Shown: positions 22,369 through 31,715 of the stretch, piece after piece
Layout of the letters: each line of letters opens with the position of its first letter
Numbering within the stretch: the stretch's first letter is position 1
Assembly (NCBI GenBank): GCA_964641225.1
Contig: CAZXKC010000001.1
Coordinates: 131,602-195,601, forward strand
DNA: 64,000 nt
Origin: an uncultured Candidatus Saccharibacteria bacterium
Lineage (GTDB): Bacteria > Patescibacteriota > Minisyncoccia > UBA6257 > 1-14-0-10-44-23
Reading direction: 5' to 3'
Notes under the pieces: generated by a model
The model's input: only the letters and a program-made list of their open reading frames with translations
What the model was told of the DNA's origin: nothing
Database searches by the model: none
Translations under genes and position numbers: made by a program

Positions 22369-22593
22369 ATGATCAAGATGTCTATTAAAAAAGGCGACAC
22401 CGCCCTCATCATGAAAGGAAAGGATGCCGGAAAGAGTGGCAAGGTGCTTCGCGTTTTTCCAAAAGCAAACAAAGTGCTTGTCGAGGGTATCAATATGGTT
22501 AAGAAGCACAAAAAGCCGACTAAGCAGGGTGAAAAGGGCCAGACCGTCAGCATCGCTCGTCCGATTGATCGTTCTAATATCGCCAAGAAATAA
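22369..22593 (+). CDS. rplX: 50S ribosomal protein L24 (C-terminally truncated)
   Basis: IKKGD..GKDAGKSGKV KOW motif, VEGINMVKKH. Confidence 0.95.
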   Translation: MIKMSIKKGDTALIMKGKDAGKSGKVLRVFPKANKVLVEGINMVKKHKKPTKQGEKGQTVSIARPIDRSNIAKK

Positions 22594-22598
22594 CAGAT

Positions 22599-23111
22599 AT
22601 GATGAAGAACAGCATTGAAAAAATTGTCGTAAACAGCAGCTTTGGAAAACTGGCCACTAACACGCCGGATTTTGATGGCAAGGTGCTTCCGGATATCAGC
22701 GAACAGTTTGCTGCGATCGTTGGTCAAAAGGGTCAGCAGCGTCCAGCTCGTATTTCGATTTCCGGCTTCAAGCTTCGTTCGGGTATCATCATCGGACTCA
22801 AGGTTACGCTTCGTGGTGCTCGCGCTCGTCAGTTTATCAACCGCACGATCAATATCGTGATGCCTCGTGTTCGTGATTTTCACGGTATCAAGCGTTCTGG
22901 TATTGATCGAGACGGCAACCTAACTTTTGGTATTAAGGAGCACTCAGTATACCCAGAAATTTCTCTTGAGAAAGTTCGCTTCCCATTTGGTATGGAGGTT
23001 ACGATTGTTCCGAAAATTGCTATGAAGCGCGAAGAGGCTATGGCGTTTTATAAGGAGATTGGCATTCCGTTTGAAAAAGAGGTCGTAGCTGCTAAAAAAG
23101 GAAATAAATAG
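22599..23111 (+). CDS. rplE: 50S ribosomal protein L5
   Basis: IEKIVVN, GLKVTLRG, PRVRDFHG, DGNLTFGIKE. Confidence 0.97.
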   Translation: MMKNSIEKIVVNSSFGKLATNTPDFDGKVLPDISEQFAAIVGQKGQQRPARISISGFKLRSGIIIGLKVTLRGARARQFINRTINIVMPRVRDFHGIKRSGIDRDGNLTFGIKEHSVYPEISLEKVRFPFGMEVTIVPKIAMKREEAMAFYKEIGIPFEKEVVAAKKGNK

Positions 23112-23114
23112 AGT

Positions 23115-23300
23115 ATGGCAAAAAAATCAATCATAGCTCGAGCGAATAAGAAGCCGAAGTTCTCAAGCCGCACTGTGCGCCGCTGTTTCCGCTGCGGACG
23201 TAAGCATGGATTCATGAGACTCTTTGGTATTTGCCGTATTTGTTTCCGTGAAATGGCAAGCAAAGGTGAGATTCCGGGCGTTAAGAAAGCCTCTTGGTAA
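23115..23300 (+). CDS. rpsN: 30S ribosomal protein S14 type Z (Zn-binding)
   Basis: 61 aa, [19 protein letters not shown]. Confidence 0.98.
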   Translation: MAKKSIIARANKKPKFSSRTVRRCFRCGRKHGFMRLFGICRICFREMASKGEIPGVKKASW

Positions 23301-23309
23301 AACACATAT

Positions 23310-23690
23310 ATGTACGTAGATTTACTTACAAAATTGAAGAACGCGCAGAAGGCAAAGAAGGCAACGATCAAGATGGCTTACTCCAACATGGACCTCGCAG
23401 TTGCTGAACTTCTTGCTGCGCGCGGATTTGTTACTTCAGTTACGAAAAAGGGCCGTATGCCAAAGCGTATCATCGAAGTTGAACTCAAGTATGAAGGTGG
23501 TAAGGGTGGCATTGGTGGCATCAAGCTGCTTTCAGTTCCAAGCCGTCGTTTGTATGCTGGTTATGATGTGCTGCGTCCAGTTCGCCAAGGTTTTGGTTTG
23601 GCTGTGATTTCTACACCGAAAGGAGTGATGACTACAACCCAAGCTCGCAAGCAAAAGGTCGGAGGCCAATTGTTATTTGAAATCTGGTAA
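23310..23690 (+). CDS. rpsH: 30S ribosomal protein S8
   Basis: SVPSRRLY, ISTPKGVMT, GGQLL..W. Confidence 0.97.
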   Translation: MYVDLLTKLKNAQKAKKATIKMAYSNMDLAVAELLAARGFVTSVTKKGRMPKRIIEVELKYEGGKGGIGGIKLLSVPSRRLYAGYDVLRPVRQGFGLAVISTPKGVMTTTQARKQKVGGQLLFEIW

Positions 23691-23703
23691 AACATATACA
23701 TAT

Positions 23704-24246
23704 ATGAGTAAGATCGGTAAAAAACCAATTGTGCTTCCGGAGGGTGTAACTGCAACTTCAAATGAAAAGACAGTGACCATTAAAGGTAAGGGCGGTTCGC
23801 TCGAAGTGCCGGTGTTGCCGCACGTTACGGCCAACTTAGAGGGCAGCACGATCACTTTGACTATTGGTGAGACGATTGTTCAGGCTCGCGCAAATTGGGG
23901 AACTATGGCATCACACCTTCGCAACGCAATTGCCGGTGTGACCACTGGTTTTGAAAAGAAACTCGACGTGCAGGGTATTGGATACAAGGCAAACATGGAG
24001 GGTCCGACATTGGTACTGAGCCTTGGTTTTTCTCACCCGGTTAAATACAAAGCCCCAGCCGGTATCAAGCTCACGCTGGAGAAAAGTTTTATTACCGTCT
24101 CTGGTATTGATCGCCAGCTCGTTGGCCAGACCGCTGCTCAAATCCGTAAGTTTAAAAAGCCGGAGCCGTATCAGGGTAAGGGTATCCGCTACGTTGGTGA
24201 ACAGGTCCGCCGTAAGGAAGGTAAGAAGGTGGCGGGGGCCGCATAG
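23704..24246 (+). CDS. rplF: 50S ribosomal protein L6
   Basis: MSKIGKKP, LGFSHP, PEPYQGKGIRY. Confidence 0.98.
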   Translation: MSKIGKKPIVLPEGVTATSNEKTVTIKGKGGSLEVPVLPHVTANLEGSTITLTIGETIVQARANWGTMASHLRNAIAGVTTGFEKKLDVQGIGYKANMEGPTLVLSLGFSHPVKYKAPAGIKLTLEKSFITVSGIDRQLVGQTAAQIRKFKKPEPYQGKGIRYVGEQVRRKEGKKVAGAA

Positions 24247-24250
24247 CAAA

Positions 24251-24318
24251 GCGGTAACGCGCTAACCCGTCATGCGGGAACGGGGTTCTATCCCGCATAA
24301 CAGGCTAGCGCGTTACGC
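24251..24318. repeat. Long imperfect palindrome between rplF and rplR
   Basis: gtaacgcgcta...atgcggga...tcccgcat...tagcgcgttac. Confidence 0.6.
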
Positions 24319-24349
24319 AAACTATAATAAAAGAAAACAACAAAGGAAC

Positions 24350-24718
24350 ATGAATCGAGCTATTAAGAAAAATTTGACCCGTACTCGCCGCGCCCACTCA
24401 ATCCGTGGTCATCTTAAGAGTGCAACTGCGCGCCCTCGTCTTTCGATTTTCCGCAGCAATGCAAATTTGTATGTACAGGTGATCGATGACGTAACCAGCA
24501 AGACTGTTGCCTCTGCAAAGCTTTCTGATATCAAGGCAACCAAGGCAAAGCAGCCGAATGCTCAGGTTGAGCGAGCGCACGCACTTGGAAAGCTCGTTGC
24601 TGAGCGTGCACTTAAAGCAGGTGTTTCTGCAGTTATGTTCGATCGCGGTCGCTATGCGTATCACGGTCGGGTAAAGGCGGTCGCTACCGGTGCTCGTGAA
24701 GGAGGTCTGAAATTCTAA
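24350..24718 (+). CDS. rplR: 50S ribosomal protein L18
   Basis: RPRLSIFRSN, FDRGRYAYHGRVKA..AREGGLKF. Confidence 0.97.
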   Translation: MNRAIKKNLTRTRRAHSIRGHLKSATARPRLSIFRSNANLYVQVIDDVTSKTVASAKLSDIKATKAKQPNAQVERAHALGKLVAERALKAGVSAVMFDRGRYAYHGRVKAVATGAREGGLKF

Positions 24719-24722
24719 AACT

Positions 24723-25433
24723 ATGGACGAACAAAAACCACAACAGAATACGAATCCAGCTCCGGCAGCCTCTGCCGCCGCAGCTCCGAAGGCAGCGGCC
24801 CCAGTCGCTCGTCCAGGCTTTGATCGCCGCCCAGGTGGTCCAAATCGTGGCGGCCCAGGAGGTATGGGAGGTCGCTCGCGCGGTCCGGGAGGTCCTGGCG
24901 GAGGTCAGGGTCGTCCAGGCGGCCGTGGCGGATCTCGCGATAATCGTCCGTTTGTAAAGAAAGACGATTTCCAAGAACAGACGCTTGATATGCGCCGCGT
25001 CGTACGCGTTATGGCCGGTGGTAAGCGTTTCCGTTTCCGTGCAACGATGGTTATCGGTGACCTTCGCGGACGCGTTGGTGTCGGTATGGGTAAGGGACTC
25101 GACGTGCAGCAGGCAATTGCAAAAGCAAAGCGTGATGCCCAGAAGCACCTGATCGTTGTTCCGCTTTCAAAGCGTACGATTCCGCACGAGGTTGAGGCAA
25201 AGTTTTCAGCCGCTCGTATTCGCTTAAAGCCAGCTCGTGAAGGACACGGATTGGTTGCCGGTGGTGCTGCCCGCGCTGTGCTCTCGCTTGCTGGCATCAA
25301 AGATGTCACCGCCAAGACACTTGGCCGCACGCCAAACCAGGTGACTAACGCGCTTGCAACCTTTGAAGCTCTCAAGCAGCTCAAGGCTCGTAAACCAAAA
25401 GTTGAAAAGAAAGAGGTAGTCGAAGCTAAATAA
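24723..25433 (+). CDS. rpsE: 30S ribosomal protein S5 (G/R/P-rich N-terminal extension)
   Basis: RVVRVMAGGKRFRF, GRVGVGMGK, AGGAARAVL. Confidence 0.98.
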   Translation: MDEQKPQQNTNPAPAASAAAAPKAAAPVARPGFDRRPGGPNRGGPGGMGGRSRGPGGPGGGQGRPGGRGGSRDNRPFVKKDDFQEQTLDMRRVVRVMAGGKRFRFRATMVIGDLRGRVGVGMGKGLDVQQAIAKAKRDAQKHLIVVPLSKRTIPHEVEAKFSAARIRLKPAREGHGLVAGGAARAVLSLAGIKDVTAKTLGRTPNQVTNALATFEALKQLKARKPKVEKKEVVEAK

Positions 25434-25444
25434 GTTCTACTTTT

Positions 25445-25858
25445 ATGCAACTCCATCAATTACAACCAAAACACGCCAATACTGATAAGCGCACCCGCGT
25501 CGGTCGCGGAGGTAAGCGTGGTACGACTGCCGGTAAAGGTACCAAGGGTCAAAAGGCCCGTTCCGGTCACCGTATTCGTCCGGCTATGCGTGAATACATC
25601 CAGCGCCTTCCAAAGTTGCGCGGATATGCCAACAAGCCGCTTGCTGATGACGCCGCCGTTGTTACGCTTGGTATGCTCGCGAAGATGACCTCGCCGGTCA
25701 CCAAGAAGACGATTATTGCTGCGGGCTACGCTAAAGTGGGCCAGCCGATCAAGGTACTCGGCAATGGCGCTCTTACTAAGGCGGTAACGCTTGAAGGTAT
25801 CAAGGTGTCTGCATCAGCTAAAGCTGCAATTGAGAAGGCTGGCGGCAGCGTGAAATAA
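25445..25858 (+). CDS. rplO: 50S ribosomal protein L15 (follows rpsE directly; no rpmD)
   Basis: RVGRGGKRGTTAGKGTKGQKAR, KVLGNG, IEKAGG. Confidence 0.97.
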   Translation: MQLHQLQPKHANTDKRTRVGRGGKRGTTAGKGTKGQKARSGHRIRPAMREYIQRLPKLRGYANKPLADDAAVVTLGMLAKMTSPVTKKTIIAAGYAKVGQPIKVLGNGALTKAVTLEGIKVSASAKAAIEKAGGSVK

Positions 25859-25935
25859 CTTACAACACACAACTAACAATGAACAAGCAAGGAGATAAAA
25901 TCGATTGTGAGTTGTCAGTTGTAACTTGTTAGTTA
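25856..25935. repeat. Pair of inverted 7-bp tandem arrays (rplO-secY spacer)
   Basis: taactta caacaca caactaa caatgaa ... tgagttg tcagttg taacttg ttagtta. Confidence 0.7.
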
Positions 25936-25942
25936 AAAATTT

Positions 25943-27214
25943 ATGAATAAATTTCTCCAACTCTTCCGAGTTCCTGAGCTTCGCAAAAAACTCCTGATCG
26001 TTGCCGGACTACTTATTTCATTTCGCTTGCTTGCTACAATTCCGGTTCCGGGTATTGATACTGCCCAGCTTGCAAATGTGCTTGGCCAAAATCAATTTCT
26101 CGGCTTTGTAAACCTCCTTTCTGGAGGCAGTCTTTCAAGTTTGTCTATCTTGATGCTCGGAGTCGGTCCGTATATTACCGGGTCGATCATCATGCAGCTG
26201 ATGACCATGATGAGCACCCGCCTGAAGCAGCTCTACTACGAAGAGGGTGCTATGGGTCGTCAGAAGTTTAACCAGTATTCTCGATATTTGATGGTGCCAC
26301 TGGCCTTTTTGTCAGGCTACGGATTTTTAAACTTACTTGCGCGCCAGGGCGTACTTCCGGCGCTCACCGGTTTCCAGTTGATGACGACCTTAGTGATCAT
26401 CACCGCCGGTTCGTGTATTTTGATGTGGATCGGTGAGCTTATCAGCGAGCAGAAAATCGGTAACGGTATTTCGTTGATTATCTTTGCCGGTATCGTTTCT
26501 CATTTGCCGACGACTATACAGCAAATGATCGCCAGCTACACCCCGGACCAGTTGATTACCTATATTGTGATCGCCGTTCTTGCAGTGCTGGTAATTGCCG
26601 GCGTTGTCTTTATTAGTGAGGGCGAGCGCAAAATCGCCGTTACCTATGCCAAGCGCGTGCGCGGCAACAAGATGTATGGAGGCGTCACCAGCTATCTACC
26701 GCTGAAGGTTAACCAGGCGGGCGTGATCCCAATCATTTTTGCTGTTTCAATTTTGCTCTTCCCGCAGCTACTCGCACAGCTGATCGCTGTTTTCTCAGTT
26801 GATCTTTCAGTCTCGATGCAAAATGCGGTGTCGACATTCTTGAATAACCAGGGGATTTACGCGGCGATTTACTTTGTGCTCGTCGTTGCCTTCACCTATT
26901 TTTACACTGCTATCAGCTTTAACCCAGACGAGCTTGCAAAGAACTTGCAGCAGTCGGGTGGTTTTATCCCAGGTATTCGTCCGGGTGAGCCGACGACTGA
27001 TTTCTTGAAGAGTACTTCTGGGCGAATTACCTTTTTCGGTGCTGTGTTCCTCGGCCTCATCGCCATTTTGCCAAACATTGTGCAGATGTTCACCGGTTTT
27101 CAGAGTTTTACTATCGGCGGTACTGCACTATTGATCGTGGTATCGGTTGCGCTTGAAATCGCCAGACAAGTTAACTCTCAGCTGACCATCCGGGAGTACG
27201 ACTCAATCGGCTAA
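25943..27214 (+). CDS. secY: Preprotein translocase SecY
   Basis: LGVGPYITGSII, GNGISLIIF, AGVIPIIFA, FIPGIRPG, GGTALLIVV. Confidence 0.99.
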   Translation: MNKFLQLFRVPELRKKLLIVAGLLISFRLLATIPVPGIDTAQLANVLGQNQFLGFVNLLSGGSLSSLSILMLGVGPYITGSIIMQLMTMMSTRLKQLYYEEGAMGRQKFNQYSRYLMVPLAFLSGYGFLNLLARQGVLPALTGFQLMTTLVIITAGSCILMWIGELISEQKIGNGISLIIFAGIVSHLPTTIQQMIASYTPDQLITYIVIAVLAVLVIAGVVFISEGERKIAVTYAKRVRGNKMYGGVTSYLPLKVNQAGVIPIIFAVSILLFPQLLAQLIAVFSVDLSVSMQNAVSTFLNNQGIYAAIYFVLVVAFTYFYTAISFNPDELAKNLQQSGGFIPGIRPGEPTTDFLKSTSGRITFFGAVFLGLIAILPNIVQMFTGFQSFTIGGTALLIVVSVALEIARQVNSQLTIREYDSIG

Positions 27215-27335
27215 AACTCGCGCATCTGGCGCATTTCGTTGTCGCCGCGCTGCGCTTCTCGTTCGACGTATTTAAAAAATACGCCTCACTCGCTGCTCGC
27301 TAGCTCCTAGAACTGCATCCAGATGCGCGGGTTTT
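27213..27335. repeat. 123-bp palindromic element, copy 2
   Basis: Core homologous to 7654-7744; different 16-bp inverted arms. Confidence 0.8.
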
Positions 27336-27422
27336 GGTGTTAGTCTGAAATTTATCTAAATATCGTGTTCTGAAAATCAGAGCCGGCTGGTCCCCGAAGG
27401 GATCCGGCCGGTTTCTTGTTCT

Positions 27423-27695
27423 CTACTTCGGGAGCATCTTGCCGACCACGAGGCCGGCCGTGAAGATCTCCGTCAGAAGTTGGTGTTCAGCCGATCCTTC
27501 GATGTTGGCTCGACTCAGGAATTCTGCGGTCTTCTGCTCCGCCTCTGGCGTGAGCATTAACGAATACACTCCGAAGCCGAGCGGACGGTTGAGGTCTGCT
27601 TCTCTGGGGATGATCCTGCCAGCCCCGTCGTTAAGGATCAGTACTGCTTGGCCGCCGAGATTTCTCTCGATTCCGGCCTGTCCAAAACGGTACAT
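27423..27695 (-). CDS. GC-rich orphan small protein (about 90 aa), SD-led
   Basis: GGAGG 5 nt before ATG 27695; own promoter; hairpin at about 27382-27411 downstream. Confidence 0.7.
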   Translation of the reverse strand: MYRFGQAGIERNLGGQAVLILNDGAGRIIPREADLNRPLGFGVYSLMLTPEAEQKTAEFLSRANIEGSAEHQLLTEIFTAGLVVGKMLPK

Positions 27696-27741
27696 TCTCT
27701 CCTCCATTTCCCGATTCGGCAACACGCCTCATCGTAATATT

Positions 27742-27775
27742 TATTATAGCATACTATATGCTATTTTGTCAATAG
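27742..27775 (-). promoter_or_regulatory. Promoter/operator identical to 1227-1260
   Basis: Reverse complement = ctattgacaaaatagcatatagtatgctataata. Confidence 0.85.
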
Positions 27776-27836
27776 TCTAAGAAATGAGTGTTTATGGGCT
27801 TAAAGTCGATTATGGTATACTTACCAGTAATTGATT

Positions 27837-28955
27837 ATGGCTATTCGTTCCGTAGAATCACTGAAAAATCTGGCTGGAAAGACCGTATTACTGCGCGTAG
27901 ATTTTAACGTTGAAACGCCGCGAGATGCGCTGCGCCTGACTCGTTCGTTGCCAACGATTAAATATTTGCTTGGCCAACGAGCTCGCGTTGTGCTCATTAG
28001 TCACCGCGGCCGACCGGAAGGTTCGGTTACACCTGAACTCAGTTTAAAAATTTTATTGCCGTTTTTGCGCCGCCGCGCCAGCCAGAGTATTTTTTTGTTC
28101 GATCACTTTAATTTTGGTCACATTCGGGCGCAAGTAGCGGCCAGTCGGCCTGGGAGTTTGTTTATGCTCGAAAATATTCGGTTTCTCTCTGGCGAGGAAA
28201 ACGAAAATGCTGCAGCTCGCCGCACGCTTGCAGCGCAGTTAGCCTCACTCGGAGATTATTATGTCAACGACGCCTTTGCTGTCTGTCACCGCGCTGGAGC
28301 CTCAATCACTGAGCTGCCTCAGCTGCTTCCGTGCTATGCCGGATTTATTGTGCAGGAGGAGGTTGAGAAATTAAGCATGGTGCTGCGCAAGCCTAAACAG
28401 CCGCTCGTAGTGATTGTTGGCGGCGGTAAGGCGAAGGACAAGTTTGCAGTGATTAATAATTTGCACAGAAAAGCTGATCATTTCTTAGTCGGCGGCGTAC
28501 TGGCAAATACATTTTTAAAAATGCGCGGAGTTGATGTTGGCTACTCTGCTATTGATGCTTCGCTTGCGCAGGATGTTAAGCGCAGTCTTAAAGATAAGAA
28601 AATTACTTTACCTGTTGACTGGATTATCGGTGACACAGGTAAAATTTCTGATATCGGATCATTAACAGCGACTGCATTTTCAGAGATTATCCGCAGCGCA
28701 AAAACAATTGTGTGGAATGGGCCAATGGGAATTTTTGAAAATCCGCGGTATCGCGCCGGTTCGTTGGCAATCGCAAAGGCGATTGCCAAAAGTAAGGCCT
28801 TCTCGATTATCGGCGGCGGAGAAACAACGCAGTTTATTGATCAGTCGCGCATGGCAGACAAGTTTGATTTTCTTTCAACCGGCGGCGGGGCTATGCTTGA
28901 ATTATTGGCAGGAAAAAAGTTGCCTGGCATAGAAGCTCTGAAGCGCAAACAATAA
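27837..28955 (+). CDS. pgk: Phosphoglycerate kinase
   Basis: LRVDFNV, SHRGRP, LENIRF, NDAFAVCHR, WNGPMG, STGGGAMLE. Confidence 0.97.
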   Translation: MAIRSVESLKNLAGKTVLLRVDFNVETPRDALRLTRSLPTIKYLLGQRARVVLISHRGRPEGSVTPELSLKILLPFLRRRASQSIFLFDHFNFGHIRAQVAASRPGSLFMLENIRFLSGEENENAAARRTLAAQLASLGDYYVNDAFAVCHRAGASITELPQLLPCYAGFIVQEEVEKLSMVLRKPKQPLVVIVGGGKAKDKFAVINNLHRKADHFLVGGVLANTFLKMRGVDVGYSAIDASLAQDVKRSLKDKKITLPVDWIIGDTGKISDIGSLTATAFSEIIRSAKTIVWNGPMGIFENPRYRAGSLAIAKAIAKSKAFSIIGGGETTQFIDQSRMADKFDFLSTGGGAMLELLAGKKLPGIEALKRKQ

Positions 28956-28979
28956 ACTAGAAACTCTAGACTTAAAACA

Positions 28980-29354
28980 ATGGAAGATTTTAGATTTTTA
29001 GAGTGGCCGATTTACAAAGATGCAAAGGAGGTGGTTAATTTAGTTTTTGCTTTGACCAATAAGTTTCCGCAGCATTTTCGATATGAATTAGGAAGCCAGA
29101 TGAATCGTTCCGCTATTTCTATTGTTCTTAATATTGCAGAGGGCAGCGGAAAGCGTTCTGATAAAGATTTTGCTCATTTTCTTAATATCGCACACGGTTC
29201 CCTCTACGAAACTCTCGCGGGATTTGATTTGGCGCTTAGTAATCGATTAGTATCAGGGGATCAGTTCAGTGATTTGCATGCCCGATTACTCGGTATCGCT
29301 AAGCAGCTTGGGGGTTTTAGAAAAAAATTAACAAAGCCTAAGTTTGTAGTTTAA
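28980..29354 (+). CDS. Four-helix bundle protein (23S rRNA IVP / Avd-like family)
   Basis: FP..RYELGSQMNRSAISIVLNIAEG..FL.IA.GSL.E signature; flanked by inverted 7-mer arrays 28946-28980 and 29340-29367. Confidence 0.9.
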   Translation: MEDFRFLEWPIYKDAKEVVNLVFALTNKFPQHFRYELGSQMNRSAISIVLNIAEGSGKRSDKDFAHFLNIAHGSLYETLAGFDLALSNRLVSGDQFSDLHARLLGIAKQLGGFRKKLTKPKFVV

Positions 29355-29367
29355 AGTTTATAATTTT

Positions 29368-29919
29368 ATGTTATCAAAGCAGGATATTGATGTTAGACAG
29401 ATGGATTTGGTGTTTTTTGATACTGAGCTTACCGGCTTAGATTTAAAACACGAGATCGTTGAGCTGGGATTTATTAAAGTTACAAAGGGGACGTACGAGG
29501 TTATTACTGAGGGCTCGATCAAAATCAAGCCGGTACGCTTGCAGGATGCAAACCCGGAGTCGCTGGCAATTTCCGGATACAACGAAACTGAGTGGGCTAA
29601 CGCCGTCAGCCTCAAAGAGGCGCTGACAGAATTTTTGAAGCAGACTGATGGTTGCATGCTTGTTGGCCACAATCTGCCGATGGACTGGGCGTTTTTGAAA
29701 AAATCATTAGCCGAGTGCGATCTTGCGCCAAATTTTTATTACAAAGGCCTGGATACATTCAGTCTGGCCTGGACTAAGCTCCAAGGCGTACCGGCGATTA
29801 AACGGTTTTCGCTTTCTGAGCTTGCGCCGTATTTTGGAATTGACCAAGGCAAACAGCACAGAGCACTGGATGATGCGCGAACAACATATCATGTTTTCTT
29901 AAAATTGATCGGCAGATAG
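29368..29919 (+). CDS. DEDDh 3'-5' exonuclease (DnaQ-like)
   Basis: FDTELTG, VGHN..D, HRALDDA. Confidence 0.92.
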   Translation: MLSKQDIDVRQMDLVFFDTELTGLDLKHEIVELGFIKVTKGTYEVITEGSIKIKPVRLQDANPESLAISGYNETEWANAVSLKEALTEFLKQTDGCMLVGHNLPMDWAFLKKSLAECDLAPNFYYKGLDTFSLAWTKLQGVPAIKRFSLSELAPYFGIDQGKQHRALDDARTTYHVFLKLIGR

Positions 29920-29925
29920 AACGCT

Positions 29926-30318
29926 ATGATTATTTATACTGATGGTGGTAGTCGCGGTAACCCCGGGCCGGCTGCGTCCGGATTTACGATTGACGGCAAG
30001 GCCTATGGGAAATATCTCGGTGTGGCTACTAATAATGTGGCCGAATACACCGCTATTCAGCTTGCGCTTGAAAAAGTGTACGAGCAGCTGGGCGCTGCGG
30101 CTAAGAATACGAGCGTTGAGGTGCGCATGGATAGTCAGCTCGCGCAACGGCAGCTCATCGGTCGCTACAAAATGAAAAATGCGGGACTCCGGCCAATTTT
30201 TGATCGAGTGAAGTTGTTGTGTATGTATTTTAAGTCAGTGAAATTTGTGCATGTTCCGCGCGAGGAAAATAGTGCGGCTGATGCTGCAGTTAATAAGGCG
30301 CTCGATGAGGCTGTATAA
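29926..30318 (+). CDS. rnhA: Ribonuclease HI family protein
   Basis: YTDGGSRGNPG, TNNVAEY, MDSQL, HVPREEN..AD. Confidence 0.93.
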   Translation: MIIYTDGGSRGNPGPAASGFTIDGKAYGKYLGVATNNVAEYTAIQLALEKVYEQLGAAAKNTSVEVRMDSQLAQRQLIGRYKMKNAGLRPIFDRVKLLCMYFKSVKFVHVPREENSAADAAVNKALDEAV

Positions 30319-30328
30319 TTAAAGAAGC

Positions 30329-31483
30329 ATGTTTCACTTTTCATCACGAGAGGGATTTTACGGATTTGCACTTGTGCTTGGCACTATTGCGGCGCTTCAG
30401 CTTGGATCATCGGCGCACGATTTGGCGGCTGCGATTCCGCAGCAACGCGTGTATGCGGCATTAGTCAGCGAGGTGATGCAGCCGACCGCTGCACCGGTTA
30501 AGCCTGTTAATTTTTTGCCGGATAATTCAGCCTCACTGGTTGCCTCACCGGCACCAGTTGTAATTTCGTTTACCAGTGATGGCGACGAGCGATACGAGGT
30601 TGTCGGAGCTAAGAAGACGAGTAACGTAAAAAAAGATGACCTGGTTGCTGTGATGAATCCGATTGCTGGTTGGGCGCCCGCTCCGGCCGGAGCCTCATGG
30701 ATAACGTATGGAACTGGGGCTACTGGCATAAAAATAGGTTCTGTAATTCGGTTTACCGAACAGGTTGCACTTTCGCAGCGGATGGTAACGGGAATGATCG
30801 GCGTGTTTACGAGCGCGCCAATTACTGTGGCCGTCGATGGTAAGCAGATATATACGGGCGCTACTGACGCTGATGCGTTGTCGCGCACTCCTGCGCTCAT
30901 CACGCTCCCAAATTTAGCCGCCGGTACTCACACGATTACCTTTGATCTGACTCAGGGCGATATGCTTGAGGATGATGGGCTAGCTCTGGCCTATACCGGC
31001 TACCTTATGGCGAGTCCTCGGGCACATACACAAAAAGTTCCGGGCGGCAGTTCAGATGTAAAACTTGGTACGCTGGCATATTTGAGCAGCGGTACGGCTC
31101 AGTCGCTTCGCTACCTGAAAGTGAGTTTGACTAGTGATCCGTTACTGACATCTGACGAGCTGGTGCATGTGCGACTTATCGATGAAGTAAGTGGAAAGAG
31201 CATCAGCGACGCGCCGTCGTGTACCTCATCTAACAAACGAATTGTTTGTATGTTCGGGAGTCAGCAGCAGCCGCTCGACTATGCACTGACGTCTACGCCG
31301 TTTGGTTCAGTCAGAATGTTTTCATTGTTTGCCGACCTACCACACGTTGATACAGCGACCTCGTTACAGGTTGCGTTTGAGCCTGGTCTGGAAAATATCC
31401 GCAGCGTAGGGGAGGCGGCGACTAGTGATTTACGCTGGAGTACGCCGGCGACACCTGGTTTTTCGTTGATCATTGCGGAGTAG
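30329..31483 (+). CDS. Hypothetical exported beta-rich protein
   Basis: N-terminal hydrophobic segment; 384-aa ORF. Confidence 0.7.
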   Translation: MFHFSSREGFYGFALVLGTIAALQLGSSAHDLAAAIPQQRVYAALVSEVMQPTAAPVKPVNFLPDNSASLVASPAPVVISFTSDGDERYEVVGAKKTSNVKKDDLVAVMNPIAGWAPAPAGASWITYGTGATGIKIGSVIRFTEQVALSQRMVTGMIGVFTSAPITVAVDGKQIYTGATDADALSRTPALITLPNLAAGTHTITFDLTQGDMLEDDGLALAYTGYLMASPRAHTQKVPGGSSDVKLGTLAYLSSGTAQSLRYLKVSLTSDPLLTSDELVHVRLIDEVSGKSISDAPSCTSSNKRIVCMFGSQQQPLDYALTSTPFGSVRMFSLFADLPHVDTATSLQVAFEPGLENIRSVGEAATSDLRWSTPATPGFSLIIAE

Positions 31484-31514
31484 TAAATTCAGGATTTTCA
31501 GCTTGCTCCGTACA

Positions 31515-31547
31515 ACAAAAAATTCCGCCTTTCAGCGGAATTTTTTG
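31515..31547. terminator. Bidirectional intrinsic terminator
   Basis: aaaaaattccgc-ctttca-gcggaatttttt. Confidence 0.75.
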
Positions 31548-31715
31548 GTACTACTGTAAGCCCGTCGCGCTATGCGCGAATCGGGGCGGGCTTGTCGCGA
31601 GAGGGTGTTGCTCCGCAACATTTTAGTTCGCCGTCACACTGTGACGGCCTGTGATAAACGGGAACCCGTTCTTCCTCCGTTCAACATAAAAAACGCCTTG
31701 CGGCGTTTTTTATGG

